Shown one piece after another: positions 25,331 to 40,612 of a stretch of 64,000 bases of DNA. Source of the stretch: the human T2T-CHM13v2.0 reference genome, Homo sapiens. Both the position numbers and the translations under genes were made by a program. The stretch lies in the NCBI RefSeq assembly GCF_009914755.1, contig NC_060927.1. The stretch is one strand, 5' to 3'. How positions within the stretch are numbered: position 1 is the stretch's first letter; the number at the start of each line of letters is the position of its first letter. The notes beneath the pieces were generated by a model, which saw only the letters and a program-made list of their open reading frames with translations, was not told the origin of the DNA and ran no database searches.

Positions 25331-26852
25331 ATGACTAGAACTTGGGATTTAAAATCCATGAAACTTTATCCAGCCACTCAACTATTAGGACCACCAGGCA
25401 GCTCACTTAGCTGTTGGCTTTGCCAGTTTCTAGATGGAGTTAATAATGACTTACATTAGAAATAGTCCAAATATTAGTTCTGTTTGGTAGGAACAAAGCA
25501 CAGTGGATATTTAACAATTTAACCATGCATAACGAAATCCAAGAAGCAAACCCCAAAATGCAAAGAGTGAAGTACTGGAGAATATTCAAGTATTAATATA
25601 CAAAATGCTCAACCATAGGAACACATGAAAGAATTTTGCTGTGGCCTTATAAGTAGGACCTATGGCTTTGGGTAATGGCGGAGGAGAAAGTAAATTGACT
25701 CTATAAACACCTGAGACAAAATATATATAAAAACAGCAACGAGGCATCCCCTCCATCTGAGAGAAGAATAAAGTTCAATAAGGAAGGAGATCGAATGTTC
25801 ATATCCACCTAGGATGAAGAAACATTTGTGCACTGGTCATAAGAAAGCTTTATTAGAAAATGGCAGCTCTTTGATACCGGTAATGAGAGGCAAAATCTTC
25901 TTCCCCTTAAACTAATATTTGATGGGTCTAAAGAGGATGGTCTTGTTTATGTGTTATACCACTAAATGGATCAAAACAAAGTAAGTAATATTCATGTGTC
26001 CTTAAGATTGCTTCCTAAATTTTCAATATGAATTCAAAATATCCAAGGATTCATTGCTTGATTCTATGCTTTTAATGAAAGGATTCTGTCTTAAGTTGCT
26101 GGAGGCCTGATGTAGCATAGACTGGCAGCTCTTGTACTTCACTGAAACATGTACATCACCAAGAGATTGTAATACATGTTTTGAATTGGATTTAAAGAAA
26201 AAAAAGATTTAGTTGAATTCTCACTGCCTTTAGAGTTATCCACAAAGACCTCCTTACTGGCTTCCTTTAGGGATTCAAAAGGCTTAAAATTTCTGTCCTT
26301 CTTCACAAATGCAATAACGTGAAGTGAGAGACCGTAAGGAAACAGATGGTAAAAGAAACTTTGTTTATTTTCTTTTTATTTTTGATTTTAATCTTTTCAA
26401 GTTTCCAAGGACTTAAAACAGATGTTTGTGACCTGCTTTTATTTTTTTTCAAGCTAGTAAAGAAAAGCTGACCTCAACATTCTAGGGAGAAATCTGTTTA
26501 ATCAGTAGTTAAGATTTGATCTACTGAGTTCCCAGATAATTTTTTAATCATTCAGAATAAATCATGACATACACTTTTAAACAGTCATCTTTACTATGTG
26601 ACCCTCTTCTGAAAGGAAGGACATCCTGTAAAAATGCACAGTACTAGTCTTGAAGTAGATTTCAACTATTCACTTTAGTGCCAATTGCTAGAGAAGGTTC
26701 TATTTATAACCTCTAGAATCCAGATGACATCTTTTATCCTTTATAACTACACTTAAAGGAACAGAAATAAGAGTTTTCTTTTGACACTCACTCTCCCACC
26801 CCTGGACCTCAAACCTCTGGCTGTAATTTCCCGGGGATATTCCATTTCTTAT

Positions 26853-27077
26853 CAGTGGTTCTCACCCAGGGACAAGTTTGTCCCCACAAGACATTTGACA
26901 AAGCCTAGAGATATTTTTTTCTTGTCACAAGTGACTGGGTGGTGCATGTGCTACTGACATTTAGTGAGTGGAGGCCAGAGATGCTACTAAACATCGTACA
27001 CTGCATAGGGCAGACATCCGAAACAAAAAAAATATCTGGCCAAATATCTCAAAAATGCCAAGGTTGAGAATCCCTGA
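26853..27077 (-). mobile_element. MER20
   Basis: CAGTGGTTCTCA...GTGGAGGCCAGAGATGCTACTAAACATC...GGTTGAGAATCCCTG. Confidence 0.85.
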
Positions 27078-27644
27078 TCTATGATTTTTATCACTAGCAT
27101 TAACGGAATCAGATGTGTTTGTGCTTGACAGACAGTTTTCAGTAGAGTATTTTTAGAACAAAATTAGCCTTTACTTTCTTATCTTTCAGGCAAGTTAAAA
27201 TATTAATGGGAAAATCAATGATTCCCTCAATTAAGCCTCCCAGCATCAAGACTCCATTATTGACCTTTCAAATTAACTCTTCTATTTTGGGACCTGGGAA
27301 AACCATATAATTCTAGCTAGCGAAGGTTCCACCGGAAGAGTTATCCAAGGAAATCCGGGGCTTGCACCCTCTGTGGGACTTCAGAGAAAAGGCTATTGAT
27401 TTTCTGTAGCATTTTATTTTTAAAAAAGAGTGACACATTGGTGTGGGAAGTTTTTATTCTATATAAAAATGCCAAAATAAGTAAGTGCTGTCTCAGAGGT
27501 ATCATTGAGGGCCCAACCTTCTTAGAGCTGTGCTGTCCCTAAATGTGTGGGCCAAAGGGAAGGAAGCCCAAGGCGCCTACCTTGTGGGGTTACCTAATAA
27601 TGTTCTGCCTACTGGATGTGTTCAATAAATGCACACAGGTCAGT

Positions 27645-28055
27645 TTTTTTTAGATTGGATTTTCCCAGAAGCACACTCTGAGTGGAGAATTGGGTTCTCC
27701 CATGAAAAACTGCTGAGGGAATGGGGTAAGTAGGACAGGAAGGGGAACAAGGTCAGGCAAGGATGTCACCTCGAGTCAACCCCCAGCAGCAGCCTGACCT
27801 TCAGGGGAGCTCTGGAGCATAGACTACACCTCAGTTTACTCACCTGGAGGCAAAGGAGCTGGGTTTTTATACTTTCACACCAGTCTGTCAGCGGCTTCCC
27901 TGGGTGATGGGAGGATACTCTCAGGCACTTTTGGCTTTCCATCCAGAGAAGGAGCTCAATCCATCCTCTGAAGAGGGTCCCACAGGGGAGGAATCAGCAG
28001 CAGAGCAAGGGACACTGGTGGTCAAAGGGATCTGAGGGGGATCTGCAGTTTCTAC
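27645..28055. mobile_element. Old MaLR LTR (MLT1H/I/L-like)
   Basis: TTTCCCAGAAGCACACTCTGAG...GGGGAGCTCTGGAGCATAG...GAGCTGGGTTTTTATAC. Confidence 0.55.
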
Positions 28056-28950
28056 TGCTTCATAGTCTTGAAATGTGGCAGGGCACGCAGTTTGTGGACT
28101 GTAAAACATTCATTCATTCAGTCGATCATTCCTTCAACAAATACTTGTTGAATTTCCACCGTGCGCCATGAACTGTGCAATGAGCTGGAGATATATGGTG
28201 CACACAAAGTGTGAACAGCAAACGAGCTATGGCAATCTAGTGCTGGAGCCAGGAGTGAAGCCTGCTACAGGAGGGACACCTACTCAGCCTGGGAGATATG
28301 ATTCTGGAGGAGGCAACAGTAAGTTTGAGAATCAAAAGATAAGCCAGAGTTAGCCCAGTACAAATATCTAGAGGTAGCAGGGCAATGAAGATTCTCCTAC
28401 TCCTTCCTATGGACCAAGGTGGACAACATCCTGGATGACACTTTGGGAACTAAAGATAGTGGAAGAATAAGAAGCAAAATTGTAGTGTTGTTCAAATTGT
28501 GAGCCCTTAAGCAAATACTCATAGGCTCTTTCCTCTCTGGAGCCAGAGACATCATTGCAGTATTTTCTGGGGGCACCATTTTTTGGAACTTGTCCCAGCA
28601 TGTGTACCAATGAAGACCAGTAAGCTCTTTGAGAGCTGTTAGCTTGAAGGGCTGGGACTAGCTGGCACCATGGGTTTCAGTATTATTAGTGTGGAATATT
28701 GCCAGAGGTGAGAGGTCTTAGGCAGAAATAAGAAGACAAATAGATTCCACCTAACCTGCCACTCTCAACTTACCAAATGAATGGTGTTTATGGGCACCTA
28801 GCACAGGAGCCAGGTCCTAAGGACTCTCTGCTATGGCTGGCCAGTAACTCTCAGTCACTGAGTCCCAAGGAAGGGGATGGAGTGGCTGTGAGCAGCAGGA
28901 GACACAGAGGAGTTAGGAACAATGGCTTTTTACCAACTAGTATAGAAGTA

Positions 28951-29296
28951 CAGTCATCCTTCAGTATCCGTGGAGGATTCCATGACTCCCTGAGGATACC
29001 AAAATCCACAGATGCTCAAGTCTCCGATATAAAATGGTATAGTATTTGCATATAATGTATGCACATCCTTCCATATACAGTATTTAAAATTATCTTTAGA
29101 TTACTTGTAATAATTAATACAATGTAAATGCTATGCAAATAGTTGAATACTGTGTTGTTTAGGGAGAATAATAACAAGGAGAAAAGTCTGTGCATGTTCA
29201 TTAGGGACACAACATCCATTTTCTTCCCCAAATATTTTTGATCCTTGGTTGATTGAATTCGTTCATGTGGAACCCACAGATATGGAGGGCCAACTG
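28951..29296. mobile_element. MER2 (Tigger-derived MITE), full length
   Basis: TIRs CAGTCATCCTTCAGTATCCGTGG / CCACAGATATGGAGGGCCAACTG, TA at the left end, ~345 bp. Confidence 0.9.
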
Positions 29297-29564
29297 TGTT
29301 TCACTATATTTAAAATGAGCAGGCTCCATGTATCAGCTGAATATTATGTGAATGAAGGGAGATGGATATGTTTTTAAGTTTTAATTTATGTAGTCATTTA
29401 ATCCATACAATTATGTATGACTTTTCCATTCCCTGCTTTGGATAGACATGGTTTCAGTGAATATTTTATTTTTATCTGAATTATAAGAAAAGTCATAAGT
29501 GTAACAATCATGTTACATACATAACAACAACATGTACATGTAGCAGTAGAGTTGCATACATAAC

Positions 29565-29872
29565 ATAAATGTAACAAAGAGGAACAATAGGGACTGGTGG
29601 GAACTGTGGCAAACTGGAGAAGTGTGCCTGACCTAATGGGTGCAACTGCTACTCAGCTGAAGCCAGCTGGGAACCATGTGGGAATGCAGGCCCACTATTG
29701 CCAACAGTTCTGATTTTTCCAGGGGAGCCAGAAACTCCAATTTTTAAAAGATTTCTCTGGATTTTGAAATGTTGACAGCCAATTCAAAAAAATTTTTTTA
29801 ACACTATGTGAACCAAACAAAATATATCTATGGGCCAGATTTGATTTATGGACCACCAGTTTGCAAGGCTCT
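29565..29872 (+). mobile_element. MER102-like
   Basis: GGTGGGAACTGTGGCAAACTGGAG...CCATGTGGGAATGCAGGCCCA...CACCAGTTTGCAA. Confidence 0.75.
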
Positions 29873-30769
29873 TGGTCTCTAAAGGCTAAATTTGTGTCGG
29901 TCTTACTGCTATTCCCCCTCTCTCCCACCACCTGTTCTTTCAATTCCTAGAATTCCCATGGGCTGGTGGACTGGAGTAGCCAGTTCCCTGTAGTTGAGAC
30001 CATCCTTTGTTTCTTACAGTCATAGTTAGAGCTGACACAGGTGCCAGGAGACATTTTAGCTGTGTATTTGAATGGTGGAGATGATTAAATCTGTTTATGT
30101 TGACATTCTTGAGAAGGATGGTCAGGTTGGTGGAGGTTTCACAGCTAAGCTCAAGACAAGGACAGTCAATCATGTTTATTTCACAAAACTGGAAAACTTA
30201 CGTTTGAAGTTCTCAGGAATGGTAAAGAAAAACAAAGAAACAAAAACCCCCAAGTGACTGATAAGTAGCAATCTAGCTTGCTACCTACCTTGGTTTATCA
30301 ACCTTCTCTATCAGATATTTCTCTCTGAAATAATGATAGGTCATCTCTGCTCTAGGTATGGGGACCACAACTTGCTTCAAAGTTGGCATTCAGAGAAACA
30401 AGAATTGAAATAAAATGGAATCACATCACATGTGTGCTGAATGTACTCAAACTCAACTACGTGACCTTGGCCAAAAGAGAAATACCCTTTAATTTATTCC
30501 TTCTCCTTTCCACCTTTCAAACTAGACTCTGGCCTCCACTGCTTCAGGACAAGAAAACCCACAGCCAAATTGTAAAAAGAAACAAAGAAATTAATCCTTG
30601 GTTTTTGGTCTTCCAGGAGTCTGAGCTCTGTTGATTTAAGGGAAGGTAATGAATCTTAAAGGGAAATTTTGAATACATGTGGGGTTTTTTCCTCTTTTCT
30701 GACTGTAAAAGCAGATTTCTTAGAAGATGAAATTTATTGATAATTATTGAAATAAGTATAGTCATAATA

Positions 30770-31020
30770 GCTATTATTTATTGAGTGCCTTCTATGTGTC
30801 AAGCACTGAGCTAAACAGATTAGTATTTAACACTCATAAATATTAGCTTCTTTAATCTTTCCAGCAATTCTACAGTTCCAGGCACTACAATTATTCCCAT
30901 TTTACAGATCAGGAGACACAGGCCCACATATAATAACCAGTCTAAGGTCCCATGGCTATTAAGTGACAGAGTCAAGATTCAAACTCAATTCATCTGACTT
31001 AAAAGCTTATGTTCTTTAGT
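30770..31020. mobile_element. MIR
   Basis: TATTGAGTGCCTTCTATGTG...ATTCCCATTTTACAGAT. Confidence 0.75.
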
Positions 31021-31353
31021 GGGAATATTGAGATTTATCCCCTTACCAGTGGTGGTGAGGATTCATTACTAGTTTAATAATTATAAGAAGTCCTTACTAA
31101 AAACAGTGTGCCAGGCAATGAACACATGATGAGGTACAGTCCTGCTACCGGAGTCTTCAGACAGATTGAAAAAACAGAGATCTAAATAAATGATTAAAGT
31201 ACAAAATGAGAGCTATGATAGAGGTATCCCCAGAAGAAGAGCTCTGAGTTTCTTTTCTGTGTGTATTGTTGTCAATTCCAGCCCTCAGCCATTAGAACAG
31301 TTGGAATCTCCCAGTTAACTCCGCAAATTTCTGAGTAAAGAACATTCACTGGT

Positions 31354-31718
<365 letters not shown>

Positions 31719-32171
31719 TCATTGTCAAGCTATACCTCTGTCCAAGTCAGATAGCATCTACTCACCCTTCTTAATTAGTTTTCCTGAGCTTGTTAATAAT
31801 CTTGAAGTCTGCAACATTTAATATCTAATTGTTCTGACATCATCCACAGAGATTTCCTCCTGGGGCAGGATTTCCTAATGTCCTCACAGTGCGATTTATA
31901 TTTTTGTTACAGAGAAGGCTGCCAAGCATTAGGCAATTGTCAAACACCAACAGGCTGTAGGGACAATGGTTCTTCTTTCTCTTTGGAGTCCAGCCAATGG
32001 CCCAACAAAATGAAGCAAGCCTGGAAGGAATGTACCATCGAAGCCACTACAGAAGCATAAAGCTAAGCACTGACATCTTCCCATGCATTTCAGGGCATTA
32101 GGCTTAGATTATACCAGGCTAAGAAGATGAAGATTGATGTTTGGCTGCAAAACAAGAATTTATTACTAACT

Positions 32172-32535
32172 GCTATGGTCTGAATGTTTTTGTCTCCTCA
32201 AATATGTCAAAATCCTAACCACCAAGGTGATGGTATTGGAGACAGGGCCTTTGGGAGGTAATTAGATCATGAGGGTAGAGCCCTTATGATTGGGATTAAT
32301 GCCCATATAAAAGAGACCCCAGAGAACTAGCCACTCCTTCTCACCATGTGAGGACACAACTAGGAGGTACCATCTATGAACCAGGAAGCAAGCCCTCACC
32401 AGGCACTGAATTTGCCAGCACCTTGATCTTAGACTTCCCAGCCTTGAGAACCATAAGAAATAAATTTCTGCTGTTTATAAACTGCCTAGTCGATGATATT
32501 CTGTTACTGTACCCCAAATTTACACTGACCAAACA
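32172..32535 (+). mobile_element. MLT1A0-like MaLR solo LTR
   Basis: TGCTATGGTCTGAATGT...CCATGTGAGGACACA...AGAAATAAATTTCTGCTGTTTATAA. Confidence 0.85.
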
Positions 32536-33238
32536 TAAATGTAAGCAAAAGTTATCCTTCTATCTGGCATATTTGCTGAGAATATTTTCTTCTCTTGATT
32601 TTTACAAATACTTTGCAAGGTAGTATTGCAAGGAAGAACAGCAATGCTGCTATATTCCTTGGAGAATATGGTTCCCTGGTAAGTAATATCTCCAGAGGAA
32701 TTGCTGAAGTTTTTGGTCTGTTGTAAAACAGTCTTCATAAAGACCTGGAAGCAAGACTGTAAAACATAGAAGGTAGGCATGCCTCTGGGCTTCTGATGAC
32801 ACTCAGTGCTCCATAGAATTACCCTGTTAAATCTCCGTGTATCTTATTAACATTTATTATAATAGCTATAATTTATTGGCATCTACTCTATGCCAGGCAC
32901 TGAACAATGAGATTTATATCCATTATCACTAATCAAAAGGTGAGACACAACTGACGGAACTCAATTCATGTTGTGAGTCTCTTTAAGACATGCATCTTCA
33001 ATGGGAATATCATCTCCAAAGATGTGAAAATTGGTGTAGGGTGATAGTGAGGGGGAGGACTTACTCTTTTTATGTATAAAACACAGATATACATAGAGAA
33101 CTCAAACAGACACATGGTATATTTGTGGTATTAAAGTTTTATGTGGTGAGGGGAAGTAATTAGGCAAAAAGTGCCTAAGAAGGCTCAGTGTGTGGTGATA
33201 ACGAAAAAAAAGTTGAGAAACACTGCTTTAAGAGATAG

Positions 33239-33594
<356 letters not shown>

Positions 33595-34034
33595 ATAATA
33601 TTTACTTTCTAATGTGAGAAATTTTTTAGCTATTTTGATGATTACCAGGTAAATCATGACTCGAAAATTTCAATTTGTATAGCTGATTTCATGTACTCTT
33701 GTGTAGGTTCTTTCATGTTTTGAAATTCTTAAAGAGTATTTCCTTCCTTGGGTCCACAGGAATTTTCAACAGATTTGGGGCACATTCCACCATGTATGGA
33801 GTTCTGCTTCCCTACCATGTAATTCATGCTCCCTGATGCTGTGCTCATGGATAATTCCTACAACCACTAGGGGAGGAAGATGTTATGGTTCTCCTTTTTA
33901 CAGATAAGGAAACAAACATTGTGAAAGGTTGAGACATTCATTTCCTCATGATCTTGCAGCTGGTTTGTGTGGACTTGGGATTAAAATCCAGTTCTGGAAC
34001 AGCCTAAAGTCCATGCATATTTGATCCACTATTC

Positions 34035-34340
34035 CAGAGTTCTCAAAATGGTGCTCCATGGGCCAGATACAGTCCACAGACATGACTTTTGTGTGTGTAT
34101 GTGTTGTTTTGTTTTTGTTAACTTAGTGTACTTAAAATATTTAAATTTGCTGCCAATACTTAAAAATTAAGAGATCTTTACAGGAACAAGTCTAGATTTA
34201 CAACTTTTCTTTGAAAGCTTAGGGGCTGTGGGCTTCCATCCTACATGGGAACAATTGACTGAAACTAAGGAGTGGATACTTTTCAAAACAGGGTTTGCAC
34301 ACTCCAATTTGCCTAAGTCCCTGCCCCTTCCTACTGCCTT
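34035..34340 (-). mobile_element. MER102-like
   Basis: Reverse copy: TTTTCTTGAAA...CTACATGGGAACAATTG...CTCCAATTTGCC. Confidence 0.55.
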
Positions 34341-36299
34341 ACACCCAAAACCCCTTCATTCAAACGTCCTATATATATGACTCCCAGAATGTAGTGTTTC
34401 TGTTTCCTTCGACTTCCAATGTTTTCTAAATCCTGTGTGTCTCTTCAGTATCTTTCCTTCTCACTCATCCATGCAATAATTTTAAAGTGAATTATGAGTC
34501 CACTTTAATTTACTACTTTATTCTTTCTGATTTTCTAGATCTCTCAAGCAGAGCAACTTTATCAGTGATATTTAATAAAATGAAACCAATTTTCTTTTTC
34601 TTCTTTCAGTAGCCATGTTATATTTCACCTGAAAATCCTTCTAATTCATTGCTTATTTCCTTAGGGTCTCCATTTCTGAAATTCATATGCTGCTAAGCCT
34701 TAAAATATTCAGTCTTTCCAAGCCTGTAGTTTTGAGCTACACTGCAAGGGCATATCAATTTTACTTCACATCAGAGTTTTGATTAGTGATTATGTAAGGA
34801 CTTTTTTTTCCCCTTGACCTTTTATGGGTTAAACAGAGCCTATGGGTCTATATAAAGCTCTTTCCTTCTTGAATTCTTTCCTTGCAAGTATCTTTATTTT
34901 GACTTGTGGTACTTGGTAGATTAAGTGCTTGGAAAAGAAGTGGTCTGCCTGCCAATTCAGGAAGAAGAAGGAAACATTCAAAAACTTGATCAGGGAGGAG
35001 GAGGAAACACTCAAGGAGTATAATTTGTTGGGGCATTCCAGTCTGTCAACAGCTCCATCGCTATGAAGACATGAGAATCCAAGAAATAAACACAAAGCAA
35101 AGACCACAGTAGATAAGAGGAGGCATTTCCATCCTGGAAGCAAATGTCTGTGTCCTCACATGGTGGTTTTATATTGTTCCATTCGTTACTGTGGAATGCA
35201 CTTTTCACCGACAACATCTGGCTCTCTAACAACGATGTAAGTCACTGAAGAACACACAAACACTATCACAAAACTAACAGCTGTATTTTGATACATCCAA
35301 CCTAACCCTTTCTTTTGTGTCATTGCTTTAAACATTTTATTTGTGTGTAAATCTGCTTTTAAATAAAAACATCATAGAATATAGAATTTAACATTTTTTG
35401 CCCCAATTTATTATAAATGTATTCATTGTAGTGTTCTCTCACTTATTCATTGGATCCATAGTTCATTCATTTACATATTCATGCATTCTGCAAACATTTA
35501 ATGAGTTTTTTAATCTTCCACTGTAAAGCTTTTACAAATATACATGCTAGGGCCCCAGGCTCAGACATTCTGATTTGTTTGGTCTACAATGGGAGCCAGT
35601 AATCAGTATTTTTAAAAAGATTTCTAGGTATTTCTACTGTTATAAACCAGTGTTTAACAAGAAACATGGCATAGAGTATTTTTTCCAACAGAAGTGATTA
35701 TTTGAAACATTATAGTGGCAGATTTTTGTATTAAGAGTTGACCTGCCTTGGCATAAATGATAATAATATGCTTTGATAACTAATAATGATAACAATTAAC
35801 ATTTACTGAGTGCCATAAGTACTGAGCTAGGTACTTCATACTTAATACTTTATGTAATTTCTACATCAGCCATGTAAACCAGATATTTTTATCTTTGTTT
35901 TGTGTTGAGGAAAAAATATTCAGAAAATGTACTTAACATGACACAGATAGAAGTAGTTTAACTATTGGGGTTTGAAGTCCATATTTCTAACTCCAAGTTA
36001 TGGTCTTTCTACTCTGCACACTCATTCAGAACTTTGGTTTTGACATCCGATATTCATAAGCGTAACTAATACTTTTTTCATAGAGCATCTTAGGCACATG
36101 ACCTCATTCCACAGTGCTGTTCACACAGAGAAGTTAATCATGGCAGAGTGGAGGCACTGGGGTTCCACAGAAGAGAGTGAAGCAATGAAAAACACTCAGC
36201 TAGTTCTGCCTAGAATTTGAGTTACAAATCCTGGGCTTTTTCTACTGTGCCATGCTTCTTTGTTTCTTTTTCATGTTCTGATTCAGAAGTTTAGGGAGG

Positions 36300-36830
36300 T
36301 AATGACTGCCTTGGCCCTCTCAGTGAGCAATAGAGCCGGTAACACTATGCTTTGGCCACAGCTGATTGGCTCAAAGATGGACATCTGTCCCAGGTTGACC
36401 CAATCACATTCATTCTCTCTCTTTCTGACTTCCCACCGGTCTCTCTCCCAGGTATTTAGAATCAGCACTTGAAAAGATTGGTCAGTTCTACCTGAAGGTG
36501 TTGAGCCTGTATGGCGATGTATATCAGCAACGGATGAACTCACCTGAGGATGGTTTCTTAGGGGCCAGGAAAACAGATAATGGAACTGATGTTCATGAAG
36601 CAATAGAGATATCTGGTGAACCCCAAAAGAGAGACAAGCACAAAGAGTAGCTCCTTTGACTTCTGCTGACTCTATACATACCATTTATTCTTCATTGTGA
36701 TGCCTGATCTTAATTCATGCCCTTGGGTTTTGTGAGCAACCTTTGACTTGATACAACAAACTCCTATTTATTTGAGCAAATTGAGTAAGTTTCCCATGCT
36801 TTAAAACAAACAACCCTTGACTAAACTAAT
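36300..36830. mobile_element. LTR16-like ERVL LTR
   Basis: TTGGCCACAGCTGATTGGCTCAAAGATGGACATCTGTCCCAGGTTGACCCAATCA. Confidence 0.5.
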
Positions 36831-36914
36831 GACCATGTTTTAGAACGCATATAAAGTTTATCATTTTGGGCACCCTTAGAGTGAGCTACATTTTACTCCC
36901 AAATAATCTAGTTA

Positions 36915-37455
36915 CTCTATCAAACTGGACTATTTAGACTGCCAGTCACAGAAACTGAAATCAAACCAGCTTAAGCGAAAAAGGGAAATTTATTTGGCTG
37001 TTGTAATTGAAATATCCAGGCCTTGCTTTAGGCACAGCCAGATCTGGTGACCTAAATGAGGAAACTGCTTCTCTCCCTCTCTCGAGAACATTTTCCTCTC
37101 TGGGAGCTTCATTCGCAGGCAGCCACCTAGGGGAAAATATGGTCACCAGTGTTTCCTTGTACGCATCCTATTGATTTACCAATCCCAGTAGAAAGAGGGG
37201 GCCTCTTTCCAATTAGTGCCAGGGAAAGATCCAAGCATGATTTTCATTGACTCACACTGAGATCTCGGCCCATCACTGAACCAATCATTATGGTCCAAGA
37301 GATGAGGCTCCTCATTGGCTGGGAGTTTGGCATGTCTCCACCTAGAGCTAGAAATGGCATCTCTTTCTTCTGAATGGCAAGGACTGAGCGAATTGTGGTT
37401 TTCCAATAGGAAGGCTTGGGGTTTATTCCTGGAGGGGATTCTGGGCAAGCAAAAG
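36915..37455. mobile_element. MLT1K-like MaLR LTR
   Basis: CACAGAAACTGAAATCAAACCAGCTTAAGCGAAAAAGGGAAATTTATTTGGCT...CATCACTGAACCAATCA. Confidence 0.7.
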
Positions 37456-37574
37456 AGAGCCTGTTCATTAACTTGTTAATTTTCCAACCTCCTCCCTTTT
37501 TCAGCAGTTTGCTTTCTTATCTAAATAATTTTTAAAACCTAATTCATTATTACATTCTATATTATTATTATACA

Positions 37575-37730
37575 GATAGACAGAGAGGGTCTCACACTGT
37601 CTCCCAGGCTAGGATGCAGTGGCACAATCAATCAGAGCTCACTGTAGCCTTGATCTCTTGGGCTCAAGTGGTTCTCCTGCCTTGGCCCCCCAAAGTGCTG
37701 GGATGACGGGCACATGCCACCACACTGGCC
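37575..37730 (-). mobile_element. Alu monomer (FRAM/FAM-like)
   Basis: Single antisense Alu arm. Confidence 0.75.
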
Positions 37731-38284
37731 TACATTCTTAATTTTTGTTGTTATTTTTTGTTCTTCTTAAGGAATTAACTGATGGTATCATACAGGTTCT
37801 TTGTTAGCCTTCTTGTTTATTCCACCTGCTTATTTATTTTAAAGTGGTATATTTTTTAAAAATTATGCTTTAAGTAAGTCATACTATCTTTGTATGAGGT
37901 AGTTATTACATTCACTGGGAAAATAATTCTAACATGAATCCAAATATAATAATTCCAGCCCTTGACTCAGTCACCAATCCAGATTGTTCTAATATCCTTT
38001 GTGGTACTCTTTAAACTTTTCTTACAAATACCAATGCATGAATCCCATGAGTCTATAAACATCGGATTCACAAGTAATTTCAGGAACCCAGAGAGAAATT
38101 TGGGGTGGGGGGAGAACATTTCATCCATTCTTTCTTTTAACTCTATGGAAAACTCTATAACTTTGTAAAATCATCCTAATTGTCAAATCCAAAGGACATT
38201 TTTTCAGTCCTTAAGACGTTTGGAAGATTTTGCTGCTCTGGAAATATTTGTTGATCCACTTTTCCTTCTTGAAATTCTTCACTT

Positions 38285-38575
38285 GGCTGGGCACCGTGGC
38301 TCACACCTGTTATCCCAGCGTTTTGGAAGGCCAAGGAAGGAGAACTGCTTGAGGCCAGGAATTTGAGACCAGTCTGGACAACATAGTAAGGCTCTGTCTC
38401 TAAAAAACAGAAAAAATTAGCTGGGCCTGGTGGTGCATGCCTGTAGTTCCAGGTAAGGCTGAGGTGGCAGGATTGCTCGCCCAGGAGTTTGAGGCTGCAG
38501 TGAGCTATGATTGCACAACTGCACTTCAGCCTAGGCAACAACAAGACCCTGTCTCTATAAAATAATACAAATTTT
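38285..38575 (+). mobile_element. AluJ
   Basis: GAGGCCAGGAATTTGAGACC...GAGGCTGCAGTGAGCTATGATTG. Confidence 0.9.
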
Positions 38576-38702
38576 AAAAGTTAAAAAACAGAAATTCATT
38601 AATTCTTTCGCTTCCCTAAAAAAAGTATGCCTGGTTCTCCTACCTCTCTGCTCACTCATTTGCTGTCTCTTTTGTGATCTCTTTGTCCTTCTCTTACACT
38701 TT

Positions 38703-39020
38703 CTTTTTCTTTCTTTTATTTATTTATTTTTTTTTTTTGAGATGGAATTTTGCTCTTGTCACCCAAGCTGGAGTGCAATGGTGTGATCTTGGCTCACTGA
38801 AACCTCCGCCTCGCAGGTTCAAGTGATTCTCCTGCCTCAGCTTCCCGAGTAGCTGAGATTACAGGTGCACACCACCACACCCAGCTAATTTTCATATTTT
38901 TGGTAGAGCCAGGGTTTCACCACGTTGGTCAGGCTGTCTCGAACTCCTGACCTCAGGTGATCCACCCACCTCAGCCTCCCAAAGTGCTGGGGTTACAGTT
39001 GTGAGCCACCGCGCCTGGCC
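38703..39020 (-). mobile_element. AluS (Sq/Sx-like)
   Basis: TSD CTCTTACACTTT at 38691-38702 and 39021-39032. Confidence 0.95.
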
Positions 39021-39459
39021 CTCTTACACTTTAATTACTGTGGTCCTCCAGACACTGCCCTTGGCCTTCTGCCCTCCTCACCTTGCCCACACACTCACTC
39101 AATCCGATGTTCTCATCCACTTGCATATTTCCAGTCCACATCTGCTTACTGATGCCTCTTAAGACTAGAACTCAGCCTGACCTTTCTTCAGAGCATTTCA
39201 GATTTATAGACGCAATAGCTGACAGACGTCATGCACGTGTCCCCACACATTTCCAAGGTAACACATCCATAATTGACCTTGAGATCTTCCCCAGATATCC
39301 ACTTCCACTTTCTCTCTACCATTGCCTTAACGCAGATACTTTTTATCTTTCACCACAGCTTCCTCCAGCTGTCTCCCTGGCTACAGTCCTATTTCCTAAG
39401 CTCACTCCCAAGCTCATGTCCCTCCATGGATCCCTAGCACCTTCAGGAAATATTCTAGT

Positions 39460-39980
<521 letters not shown>

Positions 39981-40612
39981 CAGGATGCATATAGTCCTGC
40001 ATGATCCAGGCTCTGTTCTTCTCTATTCTCATTCTCACCACTCACTTTACACGGCAGCAAAGCTGCATGGCTTATGGGGTCATACTCCATGCTGTTTCCT
40101 GCCTCCCAGCCTTCCTTATGCTGCTTCCTCTGCCTGGTGTGCTTCCTCTTTCCCCAACTCCCCTGCTAGACTAACTCGCACCCGTTTGTTGTTACTCAGC
40201 TCAGGAACCTTTTCCTTTTGGAAGAATTCCCACTCTCTCCTGGGTAACCTGGAGGCTCCCTCCTGAGCTCCCACAATTCCTTGCACCTATTCCTATCATC
40301 CTCACATGGTAGTGCAACTACCTGTTTCAATGTCTGCATCAAGTACCAAACTGTGATTCCTTGATGAGCAGAACTGGATCTTAGTCATCCTATATCCTCA
40401 GGGGTTAGCACAGGGATTGGCCCAAAGCACACACCCAGTAAATGCCTATTGGCACTTGATTATGGCTCAATCTATTCTTTAGTAGAGGAAGAGTATTGTG
40501 TCATAAATAAGTTCTTTGAAATACCTGTACAGCAGCTTAACCGCCTACAGTGTCAATGGCCTATTTCTAACTCAGGGAGATCTATTCAATTTTAATAGTT
40601 TGAAAGTCATTT

